A stretch of DNA of 64,000 bases, taken from positions 11,495 through 75,494 of the forward strand of contig JBLYPV010000001.1 of NCBI GenBank assembly GCA_048538215.1, read 5' to 3'. Position 1 is the stretch's first letter, and every line of letters starts with the position of its first letter. Position numbers and translations under genes: made by a program. The stretch comes from Patescibacteria group bacterium (GTDB lineage: Bacteria > Patescibacteriota > Minisyncoccia > Phycocordibacterales > GCA-2747955). Under the pieces are notes generated by a model, which made no database searches, was not told where the DNA came from, and was given only the letters and a program-made list of their open reading frames with translations. Positions 9,301 to 20,322 of this stretch are shown here, one piece after another.

Positions 9301-11373
9301 ATGCGCGATATGTCAGATAAGCACAACAAGAAAAAAACCAATAAATCAAAATTTCCTAAGCTACCCAAGCTTCCAAGGGGGGGCTTGAAAGATGCAGAGA
9401 AAAATAAAAAACAAAGTAGTGACAAGAAGATGAAACAAAAAATGTTTTCACAGTTTTCTACCGCCCTACTTATTTTTATGTTGATTGTGGCACTATACGC
9501 AAGCTTTGCTAATGAAGCACCAAAATCCGAAGAGGTATCAATCTCCGATATTGCTCGGGCAGTTCAAGCAGAGGAAGTATCTAGTATTAAGGTAGTGCGC
9601 AGTGAAATTACTGCTACCTATAAAAATGGTGATATCCGTAAGGCTAAGCGAGAATCGGATGTGTCACTTTCTGAAAGCTTAAGCAATTTTGGTGTGACCC
9701 CCGAAAAGCTTAATATGATTAATATCACCGTAAGTGAGCCATCGGCTTTAGTACGGTTTTCTGAAAATCTTCTGCCCTATCTCTTTCCTTTGTTGCTACT
9801 TGGTTTGATTTTGTATTTTTTGTTTCGTTCTACGAAAGGTCAAGGAGGTGGGGCAATGCAAGCATTTACCTTCGGATCATCTCGAGCAAGATTTATTGAT
9901 CCAAGTGATGAAAAACAAAAGATTACCTTCGATGATGTGGCTGGGAGTGAAGAGGCAAAGCAAGATTTGCAAGAAATTGTAGAATTTCTCAAAAGACCTA
10001 AAAAATTTACTCAAATTGGAGCAGAGATACCCAAGGGTGCGCTTTTGATGGGAGAGCCCGGCACTGGTAAAACACTTTTGGCTCGTGCGGTAGCAGGTGA
10101 AGCAGGCGTACCATTTTATTCGGTATCTGCTTCTGAATTTGTTGAAATGTTTGTGGGGGTGGGAGCATCGCGCGTACGCGATATGTTTGCTCAAGCCAAA
10201 CGGAGCTCACCGGCAATTATTTTTATTGATGAGATTGATGCTATTGGGCGTGTGCGTGGAGGTGGTACTGGGGGTGGCAACGATGAACGCGAGCAAACAC
10301 TTAATCAAATTCTCGTCGAGATGGATGGCTTTGAGCGGAATGAAGCAGTGATTGTGCTGGCTGCCACTAATCGCCCTGAGGTGCTTGACCCAGCTCTCTT
10401 GCGTCCTGGTCGTTTTGATCGACGCATTACGATTGATTTACCCGATCGCAAGGCACGAAATGAAATCCTTGAAATTCACTCTGCTCGTAAGAAAATGGGG
10501 GAAGATGTAAACCTTGATGAGATTGCACGACGCACACCAGGTATGAGTGGCGCAGATTTATATTCAGTAATGAATGAGGCAGCTATTTTTGCTGCTCGTG
10601 ATAATCGCAAGCAAATTGCTCAATACGATATTATTCAAGGAGTGGAAAAGGTGGCAATGGGACCAGAGCGAAGATCTCGTCGTATTGGAACGGAAGAAAA
10701 AGAGCTTACTGCTTACCATGAAGTAGGACACGCTATTATTGCTACCGTGCTTGAACATGCCGATCCAGTGACGAAGGTTACCGTAATTCCACGAGGACGA
10801 GCTATGGGCTACGTGTATCAAACACCTGAAGAAGATCGCTATAGTGTGACGCATAAAGACTTTTTGGCAAAAATATCAGTAGCGCTTGCAGGATATGCTA
10901 GTGAGCGTAAGTATTTTGATGATGTTTCTACTGGGCCTAGTAATGATTTACAGCAAGCCACTGCTATGGCTCGTAATATGGTCACCCGCTATGGAATGTC
11001 TGATATTGCAGGTGTTTTGGCATGGGAGCGGGCTGCTACAGCTAATGATGCTTACGCACCTTCTCCTGAGCGTGAATATTCTCCAGACACTGCCAAGATA
11101 ATTGATGACGAGATAAAGAAGATTATGGATGAGCAGATGAAGGAGGTAGAAAATCTACTCGATATATATGAAGATGCACATCATAGTATCGCAAAGCAAC
11201 TCCTTGAGGCAGAAACATTCGACAGAGAAGAATTTGAAGAAATTGCTCGTGAAGCAGGAGTGCCTATAAAAAATCGTGCTATGCGTAAGCCACGAGGAAT
11301 TCTCAAGTACACCAATCCACCTCATCCTTCAGATATAAGCACATCACAAGACAGCACTAGTTTGGATGCATAA
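9301..11373 (+). CDS. ftsH: ATP-dependent zinc metalloprotease FtsH
   Basis: AAA+ Walker [23 protein letters not shown] and the HExxH zinc site ([10 protein letters not shown]) are present. An N-terminal TM region is present. The N-terminal tail is Lys-rich. Confidence 0.9.
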   Translation: MRDMSDKHNKKKTNKSKFPKLPKLPRGGLKDAEKNKKQSSDKKMKQKMFSQFSTALLIFMLIVALYASFANEAPKSEEVSISDIARAVQAEEVSSIKVVRSEITATYKNGDIRKAKRESDVSLSESLSNFGVTPEKLNMINITVSEPSALVRFSENLLPYLFPLLLLGLILYFLFRSTKGQGGGAMQAFTFGSSRARFIDPSDEKQKITFDDVAGSEEAKQDLQEIVEFLKRPKKFTQIGAEIPKGALLMGEPGTGKTLLARAVAGEAGVPFYSVSASEFVEMFVGVGASRVRDMFAQAKRSSPAIIFIDEIDAIGRVRGGGTGGGNDEREQTLNQILVEMDGFERNEAVIVLAATNRPEVLDPALLRPGRFDRRITIDLPDRKARNEILEIHSARKKMGEDVNLDEIARRTPGMSGADLYSVMNEAAIFAARDNRKQIAQYDIIQGVEKVAMGPERRSRRIGTEEKELTAYHEVGHAIIATVLEHADPVTKVTVIPRGRAMGYVYQTPEEDRYSVTHKDFLAKISVALAGYASERKYFDDVSTGPSNDLQQATAMARNMVTRYGMSDIAGVLAWERAATANDAYAPSPEREYSPDTAKIIDDEIKKIMDEQMKEVENLLDIYEDAHHSIAKQLLEAETFDREEFEEIAREAGVPIKNRAMRKPRGILKYTNPPHPSDISTSQDSTSLDA

Positions 11374-11393
11374 TTTAGTAGGGAATAGACATT

Positions 11394-11651
11394 ATGCAAA
11401 AAAATAAAATTACTGCATTGCAAAAATCAATTGGCTGGCTAGGCGCAATCTGTCTGGTATTGGCGTATGCGCTACTTACTTTTGAATTTGCTCAACAAAA
11501 AGGCTTGCTTTTCAATGGACTTCAATTTATTGGAGGAGTATCACTTGCGTATCGGGTATATTTAGATAAAAATTGGTCGAATCTCGCTCTCGAATTTTTC
11601 TTTGTAGCAGTTGCTGTGTATGCGGTGGTCCAAGCTCTACTTGCCAGCTAG
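11394..11651 (+). CDS. Small membrane protein (85 aa, 2-3 TM)
   Basis: Hydrophobic ORF immediately after ftsH. Confidence 0.4.
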   Translation: MQKNKITALQKSIGWLGAICLVLAYALLTFEFAQQKGLLFNGLQFIGGVSLAYRVYLDKNWSNLALEFFFVAVAVYAVVQALLAS

Positions 11652-11654
11652 ACT

Positions 11655-13211
11655 TTAGGCTCTCTTTTTAACATTTTTATGTTGTTGTTTTGCTAGATGA
11701 GATCGGATCTTACGCCGTGCCTCGGTACTTTTGGTAAATTCTAGCCATTTTGCTGAAGGAGAAGCGTGTGGTTTGGTAATTATTTCTACAATATCACCAT
11801 TACGAAGTGGTGTATCAAGGGAGACAAGCTTTCCTCCTATCTTTGCCCCAGCGGTATGGTGGCCAATCTCACTATGTACGAGATAGGCGAAGTCAATAGG
11901 GGTAGACCCTTGAGGTAAATCAATGACAGCCCCTACGGGGGTAAAGACAAAAATACGATGAGAGAAAAAATCTTCTTTCAATTTTTGTTCAAATTGCTCT
12001 GAATCGAGGGCCTCATCACTATTGGCAGCTAAGCTTGATAGCCAATCTGGAATAGTGGCATCATCATTTGCATCTCGTGCTTGACGATTGGAGATAAATC
12101 GATGCAATAGTTTGGCGACCCAGGATTGATCTTTAGAATCAATATTTGCTGGTAGGGATCCAGTAGCACTTTTATATCCCAAGTGTGAAGCTGCACCATA
12201 TTCTGCTCGATTATGCATTTCTTCAGTACGAATCTGAATTTCCACCAAGCCTCCATCGCCAGTAAAGATGGTGGTGTGAATTGATTGGTAGCCATTTGGC
12301 TTTTCGAAGGCGATGTAATCCTTGATCCGCCCAGGCATCGGTCGATAGTTTTGATGGATAATTCCCAGCACCTGGTAGCAGGCAGGCTTATCAGGTACGA
12401 TAATACGCAATGCAGCTATATCATATATTTTTTCGGTATCCCATTTTTTGCGTTCGAGTTTTTTGTAAAGAGAATACATACCTTTTACTCTTCGGCTTGT
12501 ATGAAAATCACGAATATGATTTTCTGCTAATTTACGCTTAATTGAACGATCAATTTTTTCGAGCTTTGCGAGCGTCTGCTTACTCCGCTCTTTCATTATT
12601 GCCCGTGTTTTCTTGTATGCCTCAGGATATACATAAGGGAATGCCAAATCTTCAAGTTGTCGAGAGAGAGTAGAGATACCTAATCGATAAGCTAGGGGAG
12701 CATAAATTTCAAGAGTCTCAATGGCAATACGCTCTCGCTTGTCTTCTCGTACTGAGTCAAGCGTTTGCATATTGTGCAGTCGGTCTGCTAGCTTGATGAT
12801 AATGACACGGATATCTTTTGCGCTCGCAATAAAGAATTTTCTCAATGATTCATTATGGCGACGCATACCTTGGTAACGTACTTTACCAAGCTTGGTCACT
12901 CCATCTACTAACTCAGCGATCTCTTTGCCAAATGTTTTTTCTACTGATTCCTCGCTTGCCATTCCATCTTCTACTGCATCATGCAAAAGTCCAGCGGCGA
13001 TTACCCGCTTACGCATTCCTAGGCTTGAGAGATTTTTGGCGGTCTCTACCAGGTGATAGAAGTATGGCTCTCCCGATTTTCTTTTTTGTCCCTCATGGGC
13101 AATTTCGGCAAATTCAAAAGCTCGCCTAATTAAAGCTTTTGCATCTTTATCAAAGGGCACGGGTGCCACATTGTAGATTTCTTCTAGTTTGGATTCCAAT
13201 TCTGGGGTCAT
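11655..13211 (-). CDS. rel: Short bifunctional (p)ppGpp synthetase/hydrolase Rel (HD + synthetase + TGS domains, no ACT domain)
   Basis: The HD motif (LLHDAVEDG), the synthetase region (YQSIHTTI…, RIKDYIAF) and a C-terminal TGS-like region (…PQGSTPIDFAYLVHSEIGHH…) are all present. The protein is only 518 aa. Confidence 0.85.
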   Translation of the reverse strand: MTPELESKLEEIYNVAPVPFDKDAKALIRRAFEFAEIAHEGQKRKSGEPYFYHLVETAKNLSSLGMRKRVIAAGLLHDAVEDGMASEESVEKTFGKEIAELVDGVTKLGKVRYQGMRRHNESLRKFFIASAKDIRVIIIKLADRLHNMQTLDSVREDKRERIAIETLEIYAPLAYRLGISTLSRQLEDLAFPYVYPEAYKKTRAIMKERSKQTLAKLEKIDRSIKRKLAENHIRDFHTSRRVKGMYSLYKKLERKKWDTEKIYDIAALRIIVPDKPACYQVLGIIHQNYRPMPGRIKDYIAFEKPNGYQSIHTTIFTGDGGLVEIQIRTEEMHNRAEYGAASHLGYKSATGSLPANIDSKDQSWVAKLLHRFISNRQARDANDDATIPDWLSSLAANSDEALDSEQFEQKLKEDFFSHRIFVFTPVGAVIDLPQGSTPIDFAYLVHSEIGHHTAGAKIGGKLVSLDTPLRNGDIVEIITKPHASPSAKWLEFTKSTEARRKIRSHLAKQQHKNVKKRA

Positions 13212-13332
13212 AGGTACAGTATATCACGGCAATATTGTATTATACTTGTATTTTTTGTAATTCAATCGTAGATATAAAATATAAAAGGAGGGGATTAGTT
13301 TGCTTGATAGGCATACAATAAATATGTAAAAA

Positions 13333-13362
13333 AAGCGTGGCACCCTAGGGGGTGCCACGCAG
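13333..13362 (-). terminator. Hairpin gcgtggcaccc taggg ggtgccacgc + T7 on the minus strand
   Basis: Lies immediately 3' of the minus-strand gene 13372..13782. Confidence 0.55.
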
Positions 13363-13371
13363 TCGGAACTC

Positions 13372-13782
13372 TCACCTGCTCAGCATAAATCGTATGACGA
13401 TGCCAGAGATGTTGGCAAAGACCAATACGAGGATGAGCCAAGATGAGAGGACGAATATTCGAATAAGTCCATCACCCCCCATCATCCATTCTGTAAAGTA
13501 TAAAAATGTGGGGAGGGGCATAATCTCAGCTATATCTCTATATATAGGGCCAATGCTCTCTTCATCCCCCGCTACTATATTTAAAATTATGCCAGATACC
13601 AAGGCTAAATGTATTAAGACAAATATGTTTTTTGCATTTTCTTGAGAAAGTAGCAAAGAGGGAAAAATAAAATTATCCCCTGCTGTTGCCAATACAAAAA
13701 TATAGGATATATACCCTGCAAAAGTAAGGCAGGCGATAGAGCGGAGCTGGCTCGTGGTCATTAGAGATCTCCTTTGACTCAA
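13372..13782 (-). CDS. Membrane protein (136 aa, multi-TM)
   Basis: Hydrophobic ORF. Confidence 0.4.
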   Translation of the reverse strand: MSQRRSLMTTSQLRSIACLTFAGYISYIFVLATAGDNFIFPSLLLSQENAKNIFVLIHLALVSGIILNIVAGDEESIGPIYRDIAEIMPLPTFLYFTEWMMGGDGLIRIFVLSSWLILVLVFANISGIVIRFMLSR

Positions 13783-13888
13783 GGCTCAATTAAGTAAAAC
13801 TATACTTATAAAAACAACTCTGTCAATAAATATATCTTTTGCACTATTCCTCTTACGAGGAAAGCTAATTTTTGCTATACTAAGCCTC

Positions 13889-14659
13889 ATGGCGATCATA
13901 GATGTCACAAGACCTGGAAGTAAAATAGAGCAGGGCAATCTCCATATTCTCACCAAATCACAACGTCGGCTTGAGGAGCTTTTTACTAGTATGGGGTTTC
14001 AAATTGCGCTTGGTCCTGAAGCTGAACACGAATTTTACAATTTTGATGCACTCAATGTACCAAAAGATCACCCTGCACGGGATATGCAAGACACTTTTTT
14101 TCTCTCCGATGTACCTGAGACAGTTTTGCGTACACATTGTACAGCAGTGGACATCCATTATATGGAGCATCACGAAGCCCCCCTCCGAGTACTTGCGCCT
14201 GGACGCGTATATCGTAATGAATCAATTGATGCTACACATGAAGCCCAATTTTATCAGCTTGATGGCTTGGTAGTTGGGAAAACTATTTCCTTGGCTAATC
14301 TTAAATATATTTTAGGATCGGTAGTGCGGGCTTTTCTTGAGGATGAGAGTATTAAAGTGCGCTTTCGTCCGGGCTATTTTCCTTTTGTAGAGCCGGGAGT
14401 GGAGCTTGATATTTCTTGTGTTCACTGTAAAACAACAATCAGCCGGGAGTGTAATGTATGTAAAGGTTCGGGATGGATTGAGCTACTGGGGGCAGGGATG
14501 CTTCATCCCAATGTACTTCGTGCAGTAGATATTGATCCGAAAAAATATTCAGCACTTGCTTTTGGTATAGGGCTTGAGCGTTTGGTAATGCTTAAATATG
14601 GGATCGAAGATATTCGTAATTTTTATGATGGCGAGATTCCATTTCTAAAGCAGTTTTAA
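13889..14659 (+). CDS. pheS: Phenylalanine--tRNA ligase alpha subunit (short form, catalytic core only)
   Basis: FTSMGFQIALGPEAEHEFYNFDALNVPKDHPARDMQDTFF matches the PheS core, and pheT lies directly downstream. The ~90-aa N-terminal coiled-coil of canonical PheS is absent. Confidence 0.85.
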   Translation: MAIIDVTRPGSKIEQGNLHILTKSQRRLEELFTSMGFQIALGPEAEHEFYNFDALNVPKDHPARDMQDTFFLSDVPETVLRTHCTAVDIHYMEHHEAPLRVLAPGRVYRNESIDATHEAQFYQLDGLVVGKTISLANLKYILGSVVRAFLEDESIKVRFRPGYFPFVEPGVELDISCVHCKTTISRECNVCKGSGWIELLGAGMLHPNVLRAVDIDPKKYSALAFGIGLERLVMLKYGIEDIRNFYDGEIPFLKQF

Positions 14660-14662
14660 TAT

Positions 14663-16633
14663 TTGATTATGAAGTTTTCTTATAATTGGCTACAAGAATA
14701 TATTAGTGACCCTCTACCACCAGTAGAGGAGCTTGCCAATGCTCTTGGTATGCATTCATTCGAGCTTGAGGGGGTAGAAGCACTCGAGAATGGTGATTAT
14801 CTTATCGATTGGGATATCTTGCCCAATAGGAGTAGTGATTGCCTCTGTTATGAAGGAGTAGCTCGGGAAATTGCTGCTGTCTGTGAGCTTAGATTTAAGC
14901 CCTACCTGCAAGATCTTCAAGAAGCTTCGGGAGTACAGAGAAGTGATGAGATGATTGATTTCTCTTTAGATACTGATCTAGTGCCTCGGGCCACCAAGCG
15001 CTATGTTGAAGGAATTACCATAGGGCCTTCACCTGATTGGCTTCGTGAGCGTTTGGAATCTATTGGACAGAAATCTATTAATAATGTAGTAGATATTACT
15101 AATTATGTAATGTTTGTCACTGGCCAGCCAGTGCACGCTTTTGATTATGATAAGTTGGCTGGGGGAGGCGAGGCTCGTCGGATGAGCATCCGCCATGCTC
15201 AAGATGGAGAAGTAGTGCATACGCTGGACGGTGGAGAATATACACTTGATACATCAATGCTTGTTGTAGCTGATGCGGAGAAGGCGCTCGACATCGCTGG
15301 TATCAAAGGGGGTAATAACAGCGGAGTAGATGAGAGTACTACACGAATAGTCCTTTCGGCTTGTAATTATGATTATGCGGTAATTAGGCAGACTTCAAGA
15401 AAATTAAAGCTCACTACTGATGCATCTAAGCGCTATGAAAATGAAGTGCCATTATGTAAGGCTGATAGGGCAATGGCTCTCTTGACCCACTTGCTTGAGT
15501 CGGAATGTGGGGCACGAGTAAGCCCAGACATTATTGATACTGCTCCACAAATTTCTAGCGAGGTAGCCCCAATTACTTTTACTTTAGATCATACGAATAA
15601 CCTATTAGGCCTCGAGCTTACAGCCGAGGAGGTAATTAGCTTACTTGCTCGTTTGGAGATACACACCACCTCCCCCCAAGACAGTGTACTGAGGGCTCTT
15701 GCTTTGCCCGAGCGTTTGGACCTTCGTATTGCTGAAGATATTATCGAAGAAATTGGGCGATTGTATGGCTATACAAATATTCCTGAGCTGGCAATCGAAG
15801 AAGGATTTCCTATACCAGAAATAAATATACTTAAACAATCCTGGTATTCAATAGGGGATACATTGGTCAATCTTGGATTTTATGAGGTATATAATCGTTC
15901 ACTTGTTGCAAGTGGTAGGGTGGCTCTTGCCAATGCCTTACACAGTGAAGCAGGAAATTTACGTGACAATTTGCACACCGCTCTCCTTGATCGAGTAGCT
16001 AGAAATAGTATCCATAGTGAAGAGCCAAAGCTTTTTGAGATTGGCAAAGTGTTTACAGGTATAAGTGATGATGGAGTAGATGAGCATTGGTCTTTTGCGG
16101 GCATTATGGGTCACCAAAAAATTAAAGACAAGCACAAGCAAGATATTTTTTTGCAAACCAAAGGGGTGCTTGAAACAGCTTTTCATACCATAGGAGTGCG
16201 TAATCTAAGCTGGGAAGAGGCAGGTGAGGAAGAGGTGATAGCGCTACTTCGCTGTGGTGATGATGAAATCGGCTTTGTTGGGGTAAATTACTGGGAAATT
16301 AATTTTGAAAAACTTATCAAATATATCGATAGAAGTGTTTCTTATGTGCCACCATCACGCTTTCCTAAAATTGACCGCGATGTCGCCGTATGGGTACCAC
16401 TTGATATTCGAGTGCGTGATGTACGGGCATTAATTGAAGGCTCGGGGCCAGAAAAATGTATCAGCACGACACTTTTTGATGTCTATGAAGATATTGATAA
16501 TAATCGTAAGTCAATTGGCTTCCGATTAGTTTTCCAGTGTTGGGATCAGACATTATCAGATGAATATGCTAATGAACAAATGCAAAAGGTGTACAAAGTA
16601 CTTCAGGCACAAGAGGGCTTTGAAATTCGATAA
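14663..16633 (+). CDS. pheT: Phenylalanine--tRNA ligase beta subunit (656 aa)
   Basis: Begins 4 nt after pheS. The B3/4 and B5 regions are recognisable. Confidence 0.8.
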   Translation: MIMKFSYNWLQEYISDPLPPVEELANALGMHSFELEGVEALENGDYLIDWDILPNRSSDCLCYEGVAREIAAVCELRFKPYLQDLQEASGVQRSDEMIDFSLDTDLVPRATKRYVEGITIGPSPDWLRERLESIGQKSINNVVDITNYVMFVTGQPVHAFDYDKLAGGGEARRMSIRHAQDGEVVHTLDGGEYTLDTSMLVVADAEKALDIAGIKGGNNSGVDESTTRIVLSACNYDYAVIRQTSRKLKLTTDASKRYENEVPLCKADRAMALLTHLLESECGARVSPDIIDTAPQISSEVAPITFTLDHTNNLLGLELTAEEVISLLARLEIHTTSPQDSVLRALALPERLDLRIAEDIIEEIGRLYGYTNIPELAIEEGFPIPEINILKQSWYSIGDTLVNLGFYEVYNRSLVASGRVALANALHSEAGNLRDNLHTALLDRVARNSIHSEEPKLFEIGKVFTGISDDGVDEHWSFAGIMGHQKIKDKHKQDIFLQTKGVLETAFHTIGVRNLSWEEAGEEEVIALLRCGDDEIGFVGVNYWEINFEKLIKYIDRSVSYVPPSRFPKIDRDVAVWVPLDIRVRDVRALIEGSGPEKCISTTLFDVYEDIDNNRKSIGFRLVFQCWDQTLSDEYANEQMQKVYKVLQAQEGFEIR

Positions 16634-16979
16634 GAAGTTTGACAATAGAGTATTAAGAGTGAAAGTGTAGGGTACACAAAAAGCCGTTCTATAAAAAGAC
16701 CGGCTTTTTGCATAGAATGACTTCACAAAATAAGAAAAGTCGATGTGGAAGTCGTTTTTCTAGAAAAATAACGAACGACCGCAGGCTATTATACTTGGAT
16801 AATATATGCCTGCAATTGTGGATTAATTAGACATAAAACCTAATAAAATACAACGAATGGGGGTAGTATTTAGTGTAAGGTGCAAATAAATACTACCTTA
16901 TTTGCTAGCTTGATTGAGCAAAGAGATATAAATGTGCTACAATTGCAGTCGTTAATTTATCAGTAATTATATATACACT

Positions 16980-17450
16980 ATGGAGGGAGAAGAACGAGTA
17001 TTATTGATCATCAAGCCCGATGCAATTCAGCGAGGCTTGATGGGGGAGATCGTGAGCCGTTTTGAGCGGAAGGGCTTTAAGATTATCGGGACTAAAATGG
17101 AAAGAATGGGTGATATTTTGCTTGATGAGCACTACGCTCATATTGCTAACAAGCCATTTTTTAAAGGGATTAAGGATTTTATGATGTCCGCCCCCGTTAT
17201 TTTGATGGCTGTTTCGGGTATTAACGGAGTGAAGGCTGCACGATTGATTACTGGGCCTACTGATGGCTCTATTGCTGATGCTGGTACTATTCGCGGAGAT
17301 ATGTCACTTTCAATTCAATCAAATTTGATTCATACTTCTGATTCTGTGGAAAATGGAAAAATAGAGGTAGATCGTTTCTTTAGCAAAGAAGAGCTGTTTG
17401 ATTACGAGCAACAAAGTGCTAAATACATCTACGCCGATAAGCATTTTTAG
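16980..17450 (+). CDS. ndk: Nucleoside diphosphate kinase
   Basis: ERVLLIIKPDAIQRGLMGEIVSRFERKGFKI…NLIHTSDS matches the Ndk family, including the catalytic His. Confidence 0.85.
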   Translation: MEGEERVLLIIKPDAIQRGLMGEIVSRFERKGFKIIGTKMERMGDILLDEHYAHIANKPFFKGIKDFMMSAPVILMAVSGINGVKAARLITGPTDGSIADAGTIRGDMSLSIQSNLIHTSDSVENGKIEVDRFFSKEELFDYEQQSAKYIYADKHF

Positions 17451-17627
17451 AATCATATATATCGTTTGGCTCTTTCTTAAAACGAGGTATAATGAAGACA
17501 TGGGGTTGGTCGATGAAAAACTAGCTACCCATGCAATAAAGGATGCTCTCGTTTGGCTATGCCGTGGTATGGTCTCCGAGCGGCAATTCCACCCTAGATT
17601 AATTCTAGGTTTTCATGCCAGCCCCCC

Positions 17628-17662
17628 TTTGAAAATCCTGTGCTTATAGCACGGGATTTTCT
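17628..17662 (+). terminator. 12-bp-stem hairpin (aaaatcctgtgc ttat agcacgggatttt) + T-run
   Basis: Seen directly. It closes a ~160-nt structured untranslated segment that begins after a TATAAT at 17488. Confidence 0.55.
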
Positions 17663-17724
17663 GTTAGAAGAATTGACAAGATGCATATATAGATTTAGTA
17701 GTTTGTTTTGGTATAGAGTATATA

Positions 17725-18171
17725 ATGTATCTAATGATTAGCATTCAACATATTTTATTCAAAAAACGCTATTTTGATCGGCGAGTATATGCATTTATTG
17801 TTGCTTTCTCAGCTATCATTGTATTTGATATATATGCCGTGGCTAATGTAATGTACTACCGATATGGATGGCTAGATAATCCGGTGCATTTAATAGCTGG
17901 ATGGATGCTTGGCTTAGCTCTATATTATCTAGTCTATGCAAATGTATATACAGCAAAATATTTTAATCAGAAGCTTGAGAGGGCACAGGTATTTAGTGTT
18001 GTGGTATTTTGGGTCCTCGTGGTTGCACTCACCTGGGAAGTAGTTGAATTCTTGTATGGCCGTACTTTTCTTAGCCCTAATTTTGCTTTAGATTTATTTC
18101 TTGATATTAGTATGACGAGTCTTGGAGCTCTTATGGCTTACCTAATGATCCGCTATTATAAAAAATTATAA
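17725..18171 (+). CDS. Membrane protein (148 aa, 4 TM)
   Basis: Hydrophobic ORF. Confidence 0.4.
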   Translation: MYLMISIQHILFKKRYFDRRVYAFIVAFSAIIVFDIYAVANVMYYRYGWLDNPVHLIAGWMLGLALYYLVYANVYTAKYFNQKLERAQVFSVVVFWVLVVALTWEVVEFLYGRTFLSPNFALDLFLDISMTSLGALMAYLMIRYYKKL

Positions 18172-18191
18172 TTGTGTAGCTTCTTTATATA

Positions 18192-18228
18192 CAAAAGCCC
18201 CGCGCCAAAGGCGCGGGGCTTTTGTATA
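18192..18228. terminator. Bidirectional terminator caaaagccccgcgcc aaa ggcgcggggcttttg
   Basis: Perfect 15-bp stem with A/T runs on both sides, between the convergent genes 17725..18171(+) and rpsA(-). Confidence 0.65.
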
Positions 18229-18249
18229 TTTAATAGACAGCACCACCAC

Positions 18250-19335
18250 CTAAGCCACCAAAGATAAAGTCATTTTTTCTTTAGCAGCGTCGAAAGCATT
18301 AATTTTGAAAGTGTATGCCATTCCCAGAGAAAGCTTTTCTCGTAATTGAGACATATTTTCAAAATCAGATATATGTACAAGACCAGCAACTCCTTCTTCT
18401 ACAGATACGAGGGCACCATGCTCATTATATCGGATAACAATGGCTTGTACTTCCATACCTTTTTCATATTTTTGCTCAGCTGATTTCCAAGGGCTGTCAC
18501 TTAATGCCTTGATAGAAAGAGATACTTTATCTGGAGTGACATCAATAATTTTTACCCGTACCTTTTCTCCAATTTGATAGAGAGTCTCTGGATTTTCTAC
18601 GAGTGACCAAGAAAGCTCACTGATGTGTACTAGTCCTTCAAGTCCTTCAGCAATTTTTACAAATACTCCAAATTCCACTGCGCCGGTGACTTCTCCATCC
18701 AAGATATCACCTATCTTGTATACCTCTGTAAGATCAGTATCAATAGCAGTACGACCCTCATATGAATCACCATGATTTGCCTTATGTCCCTTATCTTTTT
18801 TCTCACTAAAAATAAGCTTTTCTTCGGCAGGGTCTACACTAATAATTTGCACATCAAGCTTTTCTCCTACGAGCTTTTCAAGCTCCATCAAGATACGATT
18901 TTTATCACCCCCTGAAACTTTTGGATAATTTTCGTTTCCAAGCTGGCTTGCGGGCAGAAATCCAGTAATTCCTTGCCACTGGATCATAAGACCGCCCTTA
19001 TTGGCTTCTTTGACCACAAGTGAGAGTACAGTGCTATTTGTACGAGCATCTTCCGCTTCTTGCCAAATAGTAGCTTTGCGAGCCTCCTTAAGTGAAAGCT
19101 CTATGTATCCTTCATATCCCTCGGTTTCTATTACTTGAGCTATGATTGAATCTCCTACGGAGATTGTTTTGATAATATCTTTGATTGAGAGAAATTCACG
19201 CCCAAAGACGATGCCAGTCCCGTAAGGGGAAAGATCGATATACATTGAATTTTTATCAATGTCGATGACGGTGCCTTCTGCGTTTGCCCCTGCCACAAGT
19301 GGCAAAGTGGCTTCCTCAAAATAAGTATGAGTCAT
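18250..19335 (-). CDS. rpsA: 30S ribosomal protein S1 (4 S1 domains, 361 aa)
   Basis: Repeated S1-domain motifs (GxV…G.FV.I…GL.HISE). Confidence 0.8.
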   Translation of the reverse strand: MTHTYFEEATLPLVAGANAEGTVIDIDKNSMYIDLSPYGTGIVFGREFLSIKDIIKTISVGDSIIAQVIETEGYEGYIELSLKEARKATIWQEAEDARTNSTVLSLVVKEANKGGLMIQWQGITGFLPASQLGNENYPKVSGGDKNRILMELEKLVGEKLDVQIISVDPAEEKLIFSEKKDKGHKANHGDSYEGRTAIDTDLTEVYKIGDILDGEVTGAVEFGVFVKIAEGLEGLVHISELSWSLVENPETLYQIGEKVRVKIIDVTPDKVSLSIKALSDSPWKSAEQKYEKGMEVQAIVIRYNEHGALVSVEEGVAGLVHISDFENMSQLREKLSLGMAYTFKINAFDAAKEKMTLSLVA

Positions 19336-19667
19336 AGTAAAGTGAGTTATTCAAATAGGGTGCTCAGTATCCAGCGCTATACAAAGGTGGTACCTTTATA
19401 TTTTCAAATTCCATATACCGAGTGCTACCACTATCTGAGGGTTTATAAGATGGGGCAGGGTGCCCCAGGATTCCAACCTCTTTGCAAATTGTACAACTTT
19501 TTAAAAAAGTGGGTAAACAAGCTTGAGGTAAAGAATGCTCGAAATAATAGCACATAGATATAATTTTTCAATTGTTTAAGGGCATAGTTTTTAAGGATAG
19601 AAAGCTACGGTAAATCCCCAATTTTAAGGCTGATTTTCAAAGAGTAAAATGCTATAATAGGGCGGTT

Positions 19668-20309
19668 ATGGTGATACAACGACTAGGACAATACTGCACG
19701 AAATTACAGGTAGGAGACCAGGTGATTGGCATCAATTCACCTAGTAAAGACTCTATATTTAAGACGGTCCGTTTTGGCTCACAGGTGGCGCTACAATCTT
19801 TAGCGCACCCTGATTTTAATGGTACTGATAATTTACAAGGTAAGGCAGATAATGATTGTTATACGGTGCGTGGCCCCGGGGAGTATGAAATATCTGATAT
19901 ATTTATACATGCTTTTGCTACCAGATCATCTTATGGAGGTAGAGGAGATCAGATAAATACACTGTATTCGATTCTTTTTGACGGTATTAATATAGTGTAT
20001 ATTGGCCCACTTACTAATACTGATATTCCTGAAGAAGCTCAAGAAGATTTGTATCAAGCAGACATTATTTTTATCCCAATCGGTGGTGGAGATGTCTTGG
20101 GCTCTGAAGAAGCGTATAATTTTGTCAAAAAATTTTCACCTCGAGTGGTAATTCCTATAGGATATGATGAAAATAAGAATAAGGCGGATCTTAAGGCATT
20201 TACCGCACACTTTGGCGAACACGCACAAAGCGAAGACAAGCTTACCATTAAGAAGAAGGATGTAGAGCATGAACGAATGGATGTAGTAGTCTTAGCTGAG
20301 CAGAAATAA
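19668..20309 (+). CDS. MBL-fold-like protein (degenerate; no HxHxDH motif seen)
   Basis: The C-terminal half (DIIFIPIGGGDVLGSEEAYNFVKKFSPRVVIPIGY) resembles UPF0173/metallo-beta-lactamase-fold hydrolases. The metal-binding histidines are not evident. Confidence 0.3.
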   Translation: MVIQRLGQYCTKLQVGDQVIGINSPSKDSIFKTVRFGSQVALQSLAHPDFNGTDNLQGKADNDCYTVRGPGEYEISDIFIHAFATRSSYGGRGDQINTLYSILFDGINIVYIGPLTNTDIPEEAQEDLYQADIIFIPIGGGDVLGSEEAYNFVKKFSPRVVIPIGYDENKNKADLKAFTAHFGEHAQSEDKLTIKKKDVEHERMDVVVLAEQK

Positions 20310-20322
20310 TTAGAATTATCCT

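Noticed and set aside
11877-13129. Multiple 80-100-aa ORFs on both strands inside rel (for example 12029..12295-, 12285..12530+, 12845..13129+)
   Set aside because: They are nested within or antisense to a well-supported 518-aa Rel gene and have no start signals or family resemblance.
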